From positions 32,001 to 96,000 of IMG/VR virus record IMGVR_UViG_3300025168_000033: a DNA stretch of 64,000 nt, one strand, 5' to 3'. The stretch comes from a virus. How positions within the stretch are numbered: the first letter of the stretch is position 1; each line of letters begins with the position of its first letter. The notes beneath the pieces are model-generated. The model did not search any database, was not told the DNA's origin, and was given only the letters and a program-made list of their open reading frames with translations. The translations under genes and the position numbers were made by a program. Positions 30,497 through 40,011 of the stretch are shown piece by piece.

Positions 30497-31578
30497 ATTT
30501 TAATATCACCTATTGACGCACCAACTCGAGTTTGAGCTGCATCTCCCCATTCAATTTGATTATTAAAATATGTGCTTGTAAATTTGTGTATTTGTTCAAA
30601 ATTTGAATCTTTACAATTTAATGTACACAAATGTTTTCTGTCATTAGTAGTAGTAAATAGCCAATCAAATCTTTCTTCTCTATAATATCCGTCTAAATGA
30701 ATAGCGGTTATAATTGCTTTAAGTTTATTACTTGCCTTTGATGAATTCGCTTCGTTTATGAATACAGTACTAATATAATTTACAGTTGTTTTTGATAATA
30801 ATTCGTTACTAGCGGTATAATTAGATAATGCTACTATAAGTTTTTTAGTAAGGAGCTTTGTTTGATTTATATCTAATTTTTGAATTGTATCTGAAAAAGT
30901 TTTGGCTAAATCAAGTAATGCACCTGGCCCAAATGATTTAGTTTTAGATTTCCAAGAAACACCATGAGGTTTAAATGCCTTCTGTATTTCTGATTCAGAT
31001 TTAGACCAGTTTTTAGTATTTTTTGTTCCGCCAAGACGACCTCTACGTTGCTTAACTTCGATCAATTCATTATTTGGACCTTTTATATCACCACCAGTTG
31101 TAGAATTACTAAAATGTGATAGCATACAATAATATAATTCTGTACGACCGACTACTGGTAATCCAAGCCCTGATAATTCTATTAATTTTTCAAAGAATTT
31201 TTTATCAAATAAATGAGCAAAATGATTTTCTATTTCTGCTAACGGTATATGACCGCCATTAGTTGGATTTAATTTAAATTCATTTTTTGATGGATTAGCT
31301 AACCAATTTAATAAGTCATTATCATTACCAATAAAATGTTTTTCCATAAGATTTAATATAACAGGTATATTAGATTTAGGAATTTTTTTATCATCCAAAA
31401 AATTACCTATTGGTCCTTTTAGATCTGGTATCAGTATATTTTTAATTTGAGTAATCTTATTAGAATCTTTAGTTGTATCTAATTGTCCTAATGTTATTTG
31501 ATCGTTTTTTATTGTATCTAAATTAACATAATTCAATGCCTCGGATAAAAACTCACTATAATTTTTGTATCTTCCCAT
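30493..31578 (-). CDS. tagged PD-(D/E)xK endonuclease-like protein
   Basis: MGRYKNYSEFLSE; VGRTEL...GGDI......IEVK...GRL; late promoter at 31593-31601. Confidence 0.55.
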   Translation of the reverse strand: MGRYKNYSEFLSEALNYVNLDTIKNDQITLGQLDTTKDSNKITQIKNILIPDLKGPIGNFLDDKKIPKSNIPVILNLMEKHFIGNDNDLLNWLANPSKNEFKLNPTNGGHIPLAEIENHFAHLFDKKFFEKLIELSGLGLPVVGRTELYYCMLSHFSNSTTGGDIKGPNNELIEVKQRRGRLGGTKNTKNWSKSESEIQKAFKPHGVSWKSKTKSFGPGALLDLAKTFSDTIQKLDINQTKLLTKKLIVALSNYTASNELLSKTTVNYISTVFINEANSSKASNKLKAIITAIHLDGYYREERFDWLFTTTNDRKHLCTLNCKDSNFEQIHKFTSTYFNNQIEWGDAAQTRVGASIGDIKI

Positions 31579-31599
31579 ATTAAGGATTTATTTTATATA

Positions 31600-31968
31600 T
31601 CAAATTGAATAGATGCCATCACCATTAGAATTACTCAATGATATAGTTCCTTTATATTTCTTTGGATGTAATTTATGCCAGCCTTTTGCATATCCGTTCA
31701 TACACATTGATGTAAAATATGAGAATGCATTTGTAGTTTTTTCTGGCTTAAAACTTCTCCAATATTTCATTAAATCTAAAATAGCAAATGATAAGCAATC
31801 TTCTTGATCCTGTGGATTAGCATATTTTAATTTTCTTTGCGCTCGTTCGGCTAACATTGTTAACATTTTAACTGCTGTTCGAGTTAATTCATCCTGCTCT
31901 TTTGATAAAACAATTTGATCATATAAATCTCTATTGTTTAAATAATTCTTTGATTTTCTTCGTGCCAT
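31600..31968 (-). CDS. gp55: late transcription sigma factor (short gp55-like)
   Basis: NYLNNRDL, A......KY......ED....A......Y...F.PEK..NAFSYFT. Confidence 0.8.
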   Translation of the reverse strand: MARRKSKNYLNNRDLYDQIVLSKEQDELTRTAVKMLTMLAERAQRKLKYANPQDQEDCLSFAILDLMKYWRSFKPEKTTNAFSYFTSMCMNGYAKGWHKLHPKKYKGTISLSNSNGDGIYSI

Positions 31969-32000
31969 AATAATTGTTATCTTTGATTTGTTTATACTTC

Positions 32001-32030
32001 ATTATATACCAGTCACATGTTATTGTTTCA
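32001..32030 (-). promoter_or_regulatory. middle-type promoter TGAAAC-N16-TATATAAT upstream of gp55
   Basis: same architecture upstream of several replication genes. Confidence 0.6.
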
Positions 32031-32038
32031 AAACCCCT

Positions 32039-32063
32039 AAAAAGCCTAGACGAATCTAGGCTT
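32039..32063 (-). terminator. intrinsic terminator with UUCG loop
   Basis: AAGCCTAGA-TTCG-TCTAGGCTTTTT on minus strand. Confidence 0.8.
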
Positions 32064-32076
32064 CTTGAGTATTTAA

Positions 32077-32373
32077 TTATTTTTTCCAAATATAATATTC
32101 AGCACCGTAATCTTCAAAGTAAATTATTTTGTTTTTAGCATCATAATCGGCTATACGTCCAGGAAAACCAAATGCTATATCATTTTCAGTTGCATTAAAC
32201 ATTTTTTTAACTTTGTTATATGTAGCTATTTCATCGTCATCTTCATCTTGCGAACTAGCAATAAATGCTTGATTAGCTGATTTGATATTCAATTTTTTTA
32301 GAACATACTTTATCTCACTGGGAAGAAAACTAGCATCATTTAATGTATAATTTCCTTTCAATGCTTCATTCAA
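32077..32373 (-). CDS. small domain, probably the -1 frameshift extension of the upstream gene
   Basis: TTG start overlaps an A9 run; frame reads KKSLNE|ALKG. Confidence 0.55.
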   Translation of the reverse strand: MNEALKGNYTLNDASFLPSEIKYVLKKLNIKSANQAFIASSQDEDDDEIATYNKVKKMFNATENDIAFGFPGRIADYDAKNKIIYFEDYGAEYYIWKK

Positions 32374-33632
32374 GCTTTTTTTTTGAGTAAAGTAGATAAA
32401 GAAGCTTGTTCATTATCTAAAGATTCCTTAATAATTACTTTAGCTTGATTCAATTCATCCGATTGTCCTATTTCTGTTTCAGCAGCATAAATATTACCAA
32501 GTTGCTCATTTAAAAATGCAATTCTATCATTGATCAATTGTTTTGATTCGGAAATTTGTTCTTCAAATTTTTCTTCAGTTCCAAGTAATCCAACTACAAA
32601 GTTAGAAACATCATAACATACAAATTCCTTTACCATTGCAACTGCATCAGTAGCTGTAGCTGAATCTAATGTATTAGACATCATTGATCTGTTAATTTTA
32701 TTAACAAATATTGATTCATCCAATTTAACAACATTAGCTGTAACACCTTCATAATGATTAGATTTAATTGTAGTAATATTATCCATTTCTACAATTTTAT
32801 TTGCATGTTGAGATGCAAAATCTATCATTTCTAAAATATGCATTTCATTAAGATAGAATGCACCAGATGCAGTAAGTGTGGATCTAACAGATCCTTCATC
32901 AACTTTAGCACCATTAATAAAAGTTTCACAATTGTCTTCGTTTATAGCGATTTCTATTGCTTGATTTTTATGATTATATTTTAATCTATTGTCAACTATA
33001 TCAAATTTTTCACAGATCTGAACTAATTTATTGAATATTGGCGATGTAGCTTTATCACTTACAGTAATACCGTAATCATCCATTTCATATAAAGTTCCAT
33101 CCATTGCAAAAACAAAAGATTCGTCTTCATTAATTTCTACAGGACTATAAACCTTTCCAACTGTTACATCAGGATTTAATGAATCTACAGAATTTGTAGA
33201 AGATTCAACAACTGAAATTAGATTTTTAATTGCAGGAATCCATGTAGATTCTTGTAATGATATAATCAATTTGTCGGTATTTAATTCCTCAGCCATTAAT
33301 CCTTCTAGAATTGAAATAGCACCGTCGTAAGAATTGAATTTGTTATCCATTTTCATTCCTAATAATGTACTTTCTAATGTTAATTCAACATGATTAGAAT
33401 TAACATCGTTTCTTATTGAAGTACAGAATTCATTAATAGCATCGATCCAATCGTATACTTTAAATTCTCTTAACATGTTAGAGATTAATGAAGTTGTGTC
33501 TACATCATTTCTAAATTTAAATGCATTAGCATATTTCTTTATAATGTTATTTGAAGAATGATTCTCATCTAACATAGACTTTAAAACTTCTAGCTTGTTA
33601 ACTACATCTAGTTTTGTTCTGATATTTGTCAT
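32370..33632 (-). CDS. putative prohead core/internal protein
   Basis: 420 aa with several INE/LNE/xxE sites; GATAAATAA at 33654-33662; in head/neck cluster. Confidence 0.5.
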   Translation of the reverse strand: MTNIRTKLDVVNKLEVLKSMLDENHSSNNIIKKYANAFKFRNDVDTTSLISNMLREFKVYDWIDAINEFCTSIRNDVNSNHVELTLESTLLGMKMDNKFNSYDGAISILEGLMAEELNTDKLIISLQESTWIPAIKNLISVVESSTNSVDSLNPDVTVGKVYSPVEINEDESFVFAMDGTLYEMDDYGITVSDKATSPIFNKLVQICEKFDIVDNRLKYNHKNQAIEIAINEDNCETFINGAKVDEGSVRSTLTASGAFYLNEMHILEMIDFASQHANKIVEMDNITTIKSNHYEGVTANVVKLDESIFVNKINRSMMSNTLDSATATDAVAMVKEFVCYDVSNFVVGLLGTEEKFEEQISESKQLINDRIAFLNEQLGNIYAAETEIGQSDELNQAKVIIKESLDNEQASLSTLLKKKA

Positions 33633-33680
33633 TTTATATTGTTTTTATTTTAATTATTTATCTATTGTTTGAGTGGTAAT

Positions 33681-34160
33681 TTATATGTCTAGTTCATCAG
33701 AATCCTCTTCCTCGTCTTCCTTTTCATCAGATTTTTTAGATTTTTCTGCATCTTCTTCATCATCTTTCTTTACGATACCTTTGATTTTTGCCATCTTTTC
33801 AATGTCATTGACTGCGTTTTGTAATGCAGTCTTTTTAGCTTCTGTGTCCGCTTCTGGAGCATCATCAGATTCTTTTTCATCTTCGGTTGGATCTTCCTTT
33901 TCCTTTTCATCTTCAGTATCATCATCAGCACCACTTAATAAATCATCTAATGATTCTTCATCCTCGTTTAATGATTCTTGGATACATCCACATGATGCTA
34001 ATGCTCCCATAATTTTAGCTTTAGGAATATTTAATATATCCAAATATGCATAAATTGCTTCATTAGTTTTACCTTCAGATTTTAGCTTGTTTACAATAGC
34101 AACTAGGTAATCTGCGGTAAAGCTTTCGTTTAAGAAATCCTTATAATTTTTAAGCTTCAT
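33681..34160 (-). CDS. tagged acidic prohead core-like protein
   Basis: MKLKNYKDFLNE; IQESLNE; D/E-rich. Confidence 0.6.
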   Translation of the reverse strand: MKLKNYKDFLNESFTADYLVAIVNKLKSEGKTNEAIYAYLDILNIPKAKIMGALASCGCIQESLNEDEESLDDLLSGADDDTEDEKEKEDPTEDEKESDDAPEADTEAKKTALQNAVNDIEKMAKIKGIVKKDDEEDAEKSKKSDEKEDEEEDSDELDI

Positions 34161-34207
34161 CGTGTAATTGTTTTATTTAGTTTATATATTTAAGTTGTTC
34201 AGTCTTT

Positions 34208-35122
34208 TTATTGGGGTGCAGCACCACCTTTTGATTGTGAATTTGGCCAAGTCCCATTATCAATTTCTGGATCGTCAATTGAACTATTTGTAGATTTTTG
34301 ATTGCTTGTAACAGATTCAGATCCCATTTTAAATGTAGGATCTATATAAACTCCTGCGGCTGCTGTAGCTCCTAGTCCAGTAGCACCAATATTATCAAAG
34401 ACCGATATATGAACCATACGATTTCCATTAAACATTTCAGTATTCTCAGCACCAGTGAATCCATTTTTAGCATTTTTAAATACTGGATATGTTACATCGA
34501 CTTCAGTACTAAAGGTAATTTTAAATTCTTTTTTGTCTGATGCTCCTTCACTAAATTCAATATTTCTTTCTAACGCATTTGAATCAGACATACTAAACGA
34601 ACAAGGTAATCTAATACCCGCAACATTTATTTGAAAATTATTTGTTTTATATGTATTTCTTATTATTGATTCCAGCGCTTTAAATTGATCTAGAACAGTA
34701 TCAACAACAATAGTAACATCCATTGAAAGTTTAATTGGAATAGGAATAAATTCTGCATTATAGGTTTTAAGAACACCATTTTCAACCTGCTTATCATAGG
34801 TTCCGCGAACATATTGACTTGTATTTTTTGATGGATCAATATCAACACCACTCATATCTACGTGAGCTCGAGGAATTTGATTATAAACGGTTTCTGCTAC
34901 AGTACAATCTGGATCTGTCAAGATATCCTTTAAAAATATATCTTGCATAAATCTTTCATCTCCTGTAGTAGTAAAGAAAAAGGGAATATCAACTATTTCA
35001 GTTTCCGTATTTGATATTTTTTGTTCCCAACATATTCTATTTTGTAAATGTGCTAGAAATCCAACTATTATGTTTCTTAATAATACATCGTCTTTATTAA
35101 ATTCTAAATCGTATACTGACAT
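34208..35122 (-). CDS. gp15: tail terminator / sheath stabiliser (gp15-like)
   Basis: LRNIIVGF..L, IPF, ERF, PR, P.P..L, D.....E.I; GATAAATAA at 35136-35144. Confidence 0.7.
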   Translation of the reverse strand: MSVYDLEFNKDDVLLRNIIVGFLAHLQNRICWEQKISNTETEIVDIPFFFTTTGDERFMQDIFLKDILTDPDCTVAETVYNQIPRAHVDMSGVDIDPSKNTSQYVRGTYDKQVENGVLKTYNAEFIPIPIKLSMDVTIVVDTVLDQFKALESIIRNTYKTNNFQINVAGIRLPCSFSMSDSNALERNIEFSEGASDKKEFKITFSTEVDVTYPVFKNAKNGFTGAENTEMFNGNRMVHISVFDNIGATGLGATAAAGVYIDPTFKMGSESVTSNQKSTNSSIDDPEIDNGTWPNSQSKGGAAPQ

Positions 35123-35144
35123 TAAATTGTTTATGTTATTTATC

Positions 35145-36812
35145 TTAATTCAATAATTCAATATCTAATTGTGAGAATCCACTGTCAAAATATACTTCAC
35201 CTCTACGATCAAATAATTCTATAGGTAATTCTGAATGATTAATAACCCATGAAATTAAATTAGATTCTCGTACAGTTTCTCTTAGAATTTTTAATATTTC
35301 ATGTCTTCCACTAGCATCTACAGATGATAATAATTCATCTAAGAAAAGTAGATTTAATTCAGGGTATCTTAATTTCATCAGCCTAATTAGTGCAATAATA
35401 ATGATAAAGTCAGACTTTTTTCTTTGACCACTGCTTAAGGTTTTTGCAGAAATTCGTGTTCCTAAATGTGTAATTATACAATCAAATTTTTCATCAAAAT
35501 AAATAGAATAAGGAAGATGCATTTGAGCCGCCATTTTTGTTATATTGGCATTTAATGAAGGTAATATAGATTTAACTGCTAAATTTTTAACTCCGTCATC
35601 ACCAAGAATAGATTCCAGAATTACTAGGAATGAATCTTCATTTGCATCTTTACCTTTTAATATATTTTTAGATTCTTTACTTTTTTCATTTTCTAATAAC
35701 AATTCATTTAAATGCTTAAATTTTGTATCATCATTCTCAACAGAATATTTTTTAAGATCAGCTATAACGGATTGTAACTTACGATTTAATTCAGCTAATT
35801 GAATTCTAAACTTTGATTCGAACTGCCTAAATTTTTGAATTTGTGATGTTGAATCTGTAAGTTCTTTATTTAAATCATCTTTCTTGACCTTACATTTCGT
35901 TAATGATTTACTGGTTTCATCTTTATTTTTAAGGTCATGTGTATCCCATGCTCGTTCACATGTTGGACAACAGTCATTATCATATAAATCAATCATTCGT
36001 TGTTTTTGACTTATTTCAGTATTTAATTTACCTAACGATGAATTGACTTCTTTATATTTTTCCTGTATTAATGCTTCTTTAGTTTTTAGCTTTTCTAGAT
36101 TTTCATTTACTAGTTTCTTATCTTCTACAAGCTTGGTTGCATCAATTTTTAATTGCGATATTAAAGACTTTTTATCTTCTTTTTGTTCTTCATTTAATGA
36201 TAATAATTTAGCTGAAATAGAATCTATTGATTGATTTATTATATTTAATTCATCATCATAAGTCTTAATAGAAGCCTTTAATTCGCGCCTTTCTAGCTTC
36301 ACAGAGTCTTTCATTTGATTTATAATACTGAATCCAAATAATCTATCAATAATATTTCGCTTATCACCAGGTGTCATTGTAAGAAATGATTTGAAATCTT
36401 CTATTGATAAAACAATAATATTTTTAAATACTTGAAACGGAATATCGTAGAATTCTGTTTCCAGATATTCTTGAACATTGCTTTTACCAGCTTGATCGTA
36501 TGGCTCGCCATCAATAAAAACATCAAATATTCCAGGTGATATTCCTCGAATAATTGTAAGCTTTCTACCTTTACATATAATATTAATTTGAACCCATAAT
36601 TCTTTATTGATTCTATTTGGAAGATCACTCATCTTCTTTCCATCAACTTTACCATAAAGAGCAAATGTAATTGCTTCAGCAATAGTAGATTTTCCATGGC
36701 CGTTTTCACCTATCAACAAATTTAATTCACCACCGGCCTGATTAAATTTAAGTGTTTGTGTATTATTACCGTAGCTGTTAAAATTTCTCCAGCTAATATC
36801 AAGAATTTTCAT
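35145..36812 (-). CDS. gp46: recombination endonuclease ATPase subunit (Rad50/SbcC)
   Basis: NFNSYGN, GENGHGKST, hook CPTC, LSSGQ, LFLDE, INH. Confidence 0.93.
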   Translation of the reverse strand: MKILDISWRNFNSYGNNTQTLKFNQAGGELNLLIGENGHGKSTIAEAITFALYGKVDGKKMSDLPNRINKELWVQINIICKGRKLTIIRGISPGIFDVFIDGEPYDQAGKSNVQEYLETEFYDIPFQVFKNIIVLSIEDFKSFLTMTPGDKRNIIDRLFGFSIINQMKDSVKLERRELKASIKTYDDELNIINQSIDSISAKLLSLNEEQKEDKKSLISQLKIDATKLVEDKKLVNENLEKLKTKEALIQEKYKEVNSSLGKLNTEISQKQRMIDLYDNDCCPTCERAWDTHDLKNKDETSKSLTKCKVKKDDLNKELTDSTSQIQKFRQFESKFRIQLAELNRKLQSVIADLKKYSVENDDTKFKHLNELLLENEKSKESKNILKGKDANEDSFLVILESILGDDGVKNLAVKSILPSLNANITKMAAQMHLPYSIYFDEKFDCIITHLGTRISAKTLSSGQRKKSDFIIIIALIRLMKLRYPELNLLFLDELLSSVDASGRHEILKILRETVRESNLISWVINHSELPIELFDRRGEVYFDSGFSQLDIELLN

Positions 36813-37879
36813 ATTCGATCAGTTATTGTTTTATTGTAAAGACTAAATAATTTACTATTCAGCTTTTTCTTGGTTTCATCATCAACAGATAATTGTTCTA
36901 CATATTTCTCACATAAAGAGTAAATATTTAATGATTTGTCATAATCAACATTTATGTCTAATTCTTCTTCTTCATAAGCAACTACTTCCAATTTACTTGC
37001 AATATCATTTAGCTCATTAATTAAGCCGTTGATAGGATACTTTACAAGATATTCAGATTTAACATAAACATCAACAAAATTATTTTTACATTTTTCTTTT
37101 AGTTGTCCTATTGTTAGTTCATGACATTTATCAAGATATAATCTAATAAATTTAGGTGAATAATTATTTTCATAAAATTCAGTTTCGCTGGTTTCAAGAT
37201 TTAAACAGTGAATTCCTTTTCTGTTACCCGCATCGGATCTTGTCATTTGATATGGATTTCCAACAAATGTTACATTACCATTAGTTTGTGCATAATGAAT
37301 ATGACCAGAAAATACCCTTCGCAATTTTGAATATGCATTAATATCTGATCCATGTTCTATTAACCTTCTAGCATCAAATCGCATTCCAGAAATATTAGCA
37401 TGACAAAAACAATAATGTGCTTCAGTATATTCAAGTATGCAATCAACTTCATCCTGATGACTTTTTCTCCATGGCATTAATAGGATATTATGTTCATCAA
37501 TTTCAAGAATTGTAGGCTCTTTATGAATTGTAATATTTGGAAGATATTTTAAAACATCGATCGATGTAATATCATTAGAATTTTTTCTTAAGATATCATG
37601 ATTTCCTGCAATAATATGAATACCATCTTCAAATATTGCAGAAAGCTCTTCAAAAACTCGTAAACCTTTATTCATTACCAGTAGATTTAATGATTGTCTA
37701 TTATCAAATACATCACCACTATGAATAAGTATATCTCCCTTTTTATAATGTTTCTTGACTAGAGGAATAAAGAAATTATCAAAATAATTTATCATTCGAT
37801 CTAGCCATTCAATAGAATTATTTCTAGCACCTAAATGCGTGTCAGAAATAATCCAGATTTTAGGTTTATGATTTGTCAT
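36809..37879 (-). CDS. gp47: recombination endonuclease nuclease subunit (Mre11/SbcD)
   Basis: SDTHLG, GDVFDNR, GNHD, SGHIH. Confidence 0.93.
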   Translation of the reverse strand: MTNHKPKIWIISDTHLGARNNSIEWLDRMINYFDNFFIPLVKKHYKKGDILIHSGDVFDNRQSLNLLVMNKGLRVFEELSAIFEDGIHIIAGNHDILRKNSNDITSIDVLKYLPNITIHKEPTILEIDEHNILLMPWRKSHQDEVDCILEYTEAHYCFCHANISGMRFDARRLIEHGSDINAYSKLRRVFSGHIHYAQTNGNVTFVGNPYQMTRSDAGNRKGIHCLNLETSETEFYENNYSPKFIRLYLDKCHELTIGQLKEKCKNNFVDVYVKSEYLVKYPINGLINELNDIASKLEVVAYEEEELDINVDYDKSLNIYSLCEKYVEQLSVDDETKKKLNSKLFSLYNKTITDRI

Positions 37880-37893
37880 TATAATTTGTTATT

Positions 37894-38355
37894 TTAAAAT
37901 AATTTACCGCCTATTTTTTTAGTTACGGTATCATCACCATATTCCAATTCTTCAATTAATTTTTGTTTAAATGTATTGGAAAGTGAATCATAAAACTTAT
38001 GATAATTAATATCAAAATATTCAGATAACATTGAAAAAATTTGAATTTTGGATACTTTTGGAATTTTATTTACTACAAAAGAATATAGTTTATTGATTTC
38101 TGCTTTACTTAATTTTTTGTATTTTCCTTCATCATTAGGTTTATTTAAAGATTCAAAATCCGATCCAAGTATACAATTTTCAATTTTAGTATAAATTAAA
38201 TCATGATCAATTTGATCTTCCATTGACATTTCAGTATCTACACTTGAGTCAATAACAAAATCAATTTTTGTTGTGCTAATATCCGTAGATTCATATGAAT
38301 TATCGAATATTTTTTTAACATTTACTTCACTTGTACCCTTTTTCTTTTTTGCCAT
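37894..38355 (-). CDS. hypothetical protein
   Basis: 153 aa in replication operon. Confidence 0.6.
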   Translation of the reverse strand: MAKKKKGTSEVNVKKIFDNSYESTDISTTKIDFVIDSSVDTEMSMEDQIDHDLIYTKIENCILGSDFESLNKPNDEGKYKKLSKAEINKLYSFVVNKIPKVSKIQIFSMLSEYFDINYHKFYDSLSNTFKQKLIEELEYGDDTVTKKIGGKLF

Positions 38356-38357
38356 TT

Positions 38358-39662
38358 TTATGCGTCGTTATCATCTGTTATTAATGAGTCGGTTTCAATT
38401 AATCGCATATATTCATATAGAATATTATACATTTTGCGATAACCTCGACCATGACCATCCCTGATTTTCAGGATTTTTAGCCAGTAAATTCGATCCCTAT
38501 GTTGATCCGATGTTTGAATAATTCCATAAATCATATCAGCCGTATGAGATAATCCAGCGGATTCAGCAATATGAGAAAGTGTAAGTTCAGAAGAATCATA
38601 ACCACCACGAGTAATTTGAGTTGCAGTAATTATTAACCAATCATTTCTTACAGCCATTGCACGTAAATCTTCCGCAATTTGTTTAATTTTCATGTAAGTA
38701 TTTTCCGTATTAGGGTTACGGTAATTAGCTAAAATATTGATGTAATCAATTACAATTGCTTTTAATTTTATTCCTTTAGTATCTTCAAGGTCTTTTAAAT
38801 AGGATTCAATATCAGGAACCGTAGCTTGTGATGTAGGATATTCTTTAACAAATAATTGACCTGGTGGAATTATTCCACCACCAACAGCTTGTAATCGTGA
38901 TTTCATATAAGCTGTATCAACAGATTTCTTATCATAATCATCCATTGAAATATTAAGAAGATTAGATCCGATTCTTTTCATTACTTTTCTATCAGCCATT
39001 TCAGCAGATATAAAAGCAACATTATGACCTGCTTTTACAAAGTTAGATGCATCATTAGCAAGCCAAATAGATTTTCCTATATTTTGTTCACCTGCATATA
39101 CAATTAATGTTTTTGCATCGTATCCACCACCAGTACAATTATTTATGAATTCATGGCCTGAATCTATTTTTGGATATTTTCTTTGAGTATGTGAATCTAT
39201 ATCAAAGAAAGATAAGCCAAGATTATTATCAAAATTGACATTGTTTCGTGTTAAAATAATATCTTTAACCTTAGCAATAATGCTATGAACATTATCTGGA
39301 TTTACTTTTGTTGTTTTAACAAATTCAATTGTATCAATTAATGATGCATCAAGATTTTTCCAAAGAATCCATGATTCAGCTGTTTCCTGTAACCAATTGT
39401 CATCATAATCAGATAATTTACTATCAAAGATTAAATCTACAATATTGTCTTTTATTTTGTCAGGATATTTACTTTTAACAATAGCTTTTACTTGTTCTCG
39501 TGTAGGAGTTTCTTTAAATCTTTCGTAAAATGCTTTTGTAATATATGATAGTGTTTCTAGATCAGGATTGTCGTAAAATGATTTCTTTACGGATTTAAGA
39601 TACTTTGGATTTTTAATAGTGTATATGTAAAATATTTTTTCAAAGTCGTTAGATTGTATCAT
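38358..39662 (-). CDS. gp41: replicative DnaB-like helicase
   Basis: GEQNIGKS, SAEM, VKEYPT, IDYINI, AEDLRAMA, TATQ..R, AES.G...TAD. Confidence 0.93.
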   Translation of the reverse strand: MIQSNDFEKIFYIYTIKNPKYLKSVKKSFYDNPDLETLSYITKAFYERFKETPTREQVKAIVKSKYPDKIKDNIVDLIFDSKLSDYDDNWLQETAESWILWKNLDASLIDTIEFVKTTKVNPDNVHSIIAKVKDIILTRNNVNFDNNLGLSFFDIDSHTQRKYPKIDSGHEFINNCTGGGYDAKTLIVYAGEQNIGKSIWLANDASNFVKAGHNVAFISAEMADRKVMKRIGSNLLNISMDDYDKKSVDTAYMKSRLQAVGGGIIPPGQLFVKEYPTSQATVPDIESYLKDLEDTKGIKLKAIVIDYINILANYRNPNTENTYMKIKQIAEDLRAMAVRNDWLIITATQITRGGYDSSELTLSHIAESAGLSHTADMIYGIIQTSDQHRDRIYWLKILKIRDGHGRGYRKMYNILYEYMRLIETDSLITDDNDA

Positions 39663-39687
39663 ATAATTTGAATTTAATTATTTTATT

Positions 39688-40011
39688 TCATAAATAGTCA
39701 TTTGTTTCAAATCGAAGATATCTATTATGTTGTGTTTCCTTTGGAACTGTAAGTATGCCATCAATTAACATTTTTTCAATTATAGGTTCAAGCTTGCTAG
39801 CTTTTAATCCTGTTAAAGCTTCCGCATTTTGAATTGTAAAAACTGGATTTGAAATATCATCTATTGAAGTATGATTTTTTATATGAGCCCGACCACCATC
39901 TTGATAGTACCATTTTGAGACCTCATAGCAAAGATCTTCCGGTGTTGGATATTCCGGAAGATCTTTATACATTGAGATTAAATGTTTGACTTTAATCTTG
40001 TCTTTATTCAT
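39688..40011 (-). CDS. hypothetical protein (possible winged helix)
   Basis: 107 aa between uvsX and gp41. Confidence 0.5.
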   Translation of the reverse strand: MNKDKIKVKHLISMYKDLPEYPTPEDLCYEVSKWYYQDGGRAHIKNHTSIDDISNPVFTIQNAEALTGLKASKLEPIIEKMLIDGILTVPKETQHNRYLRFETNDYL

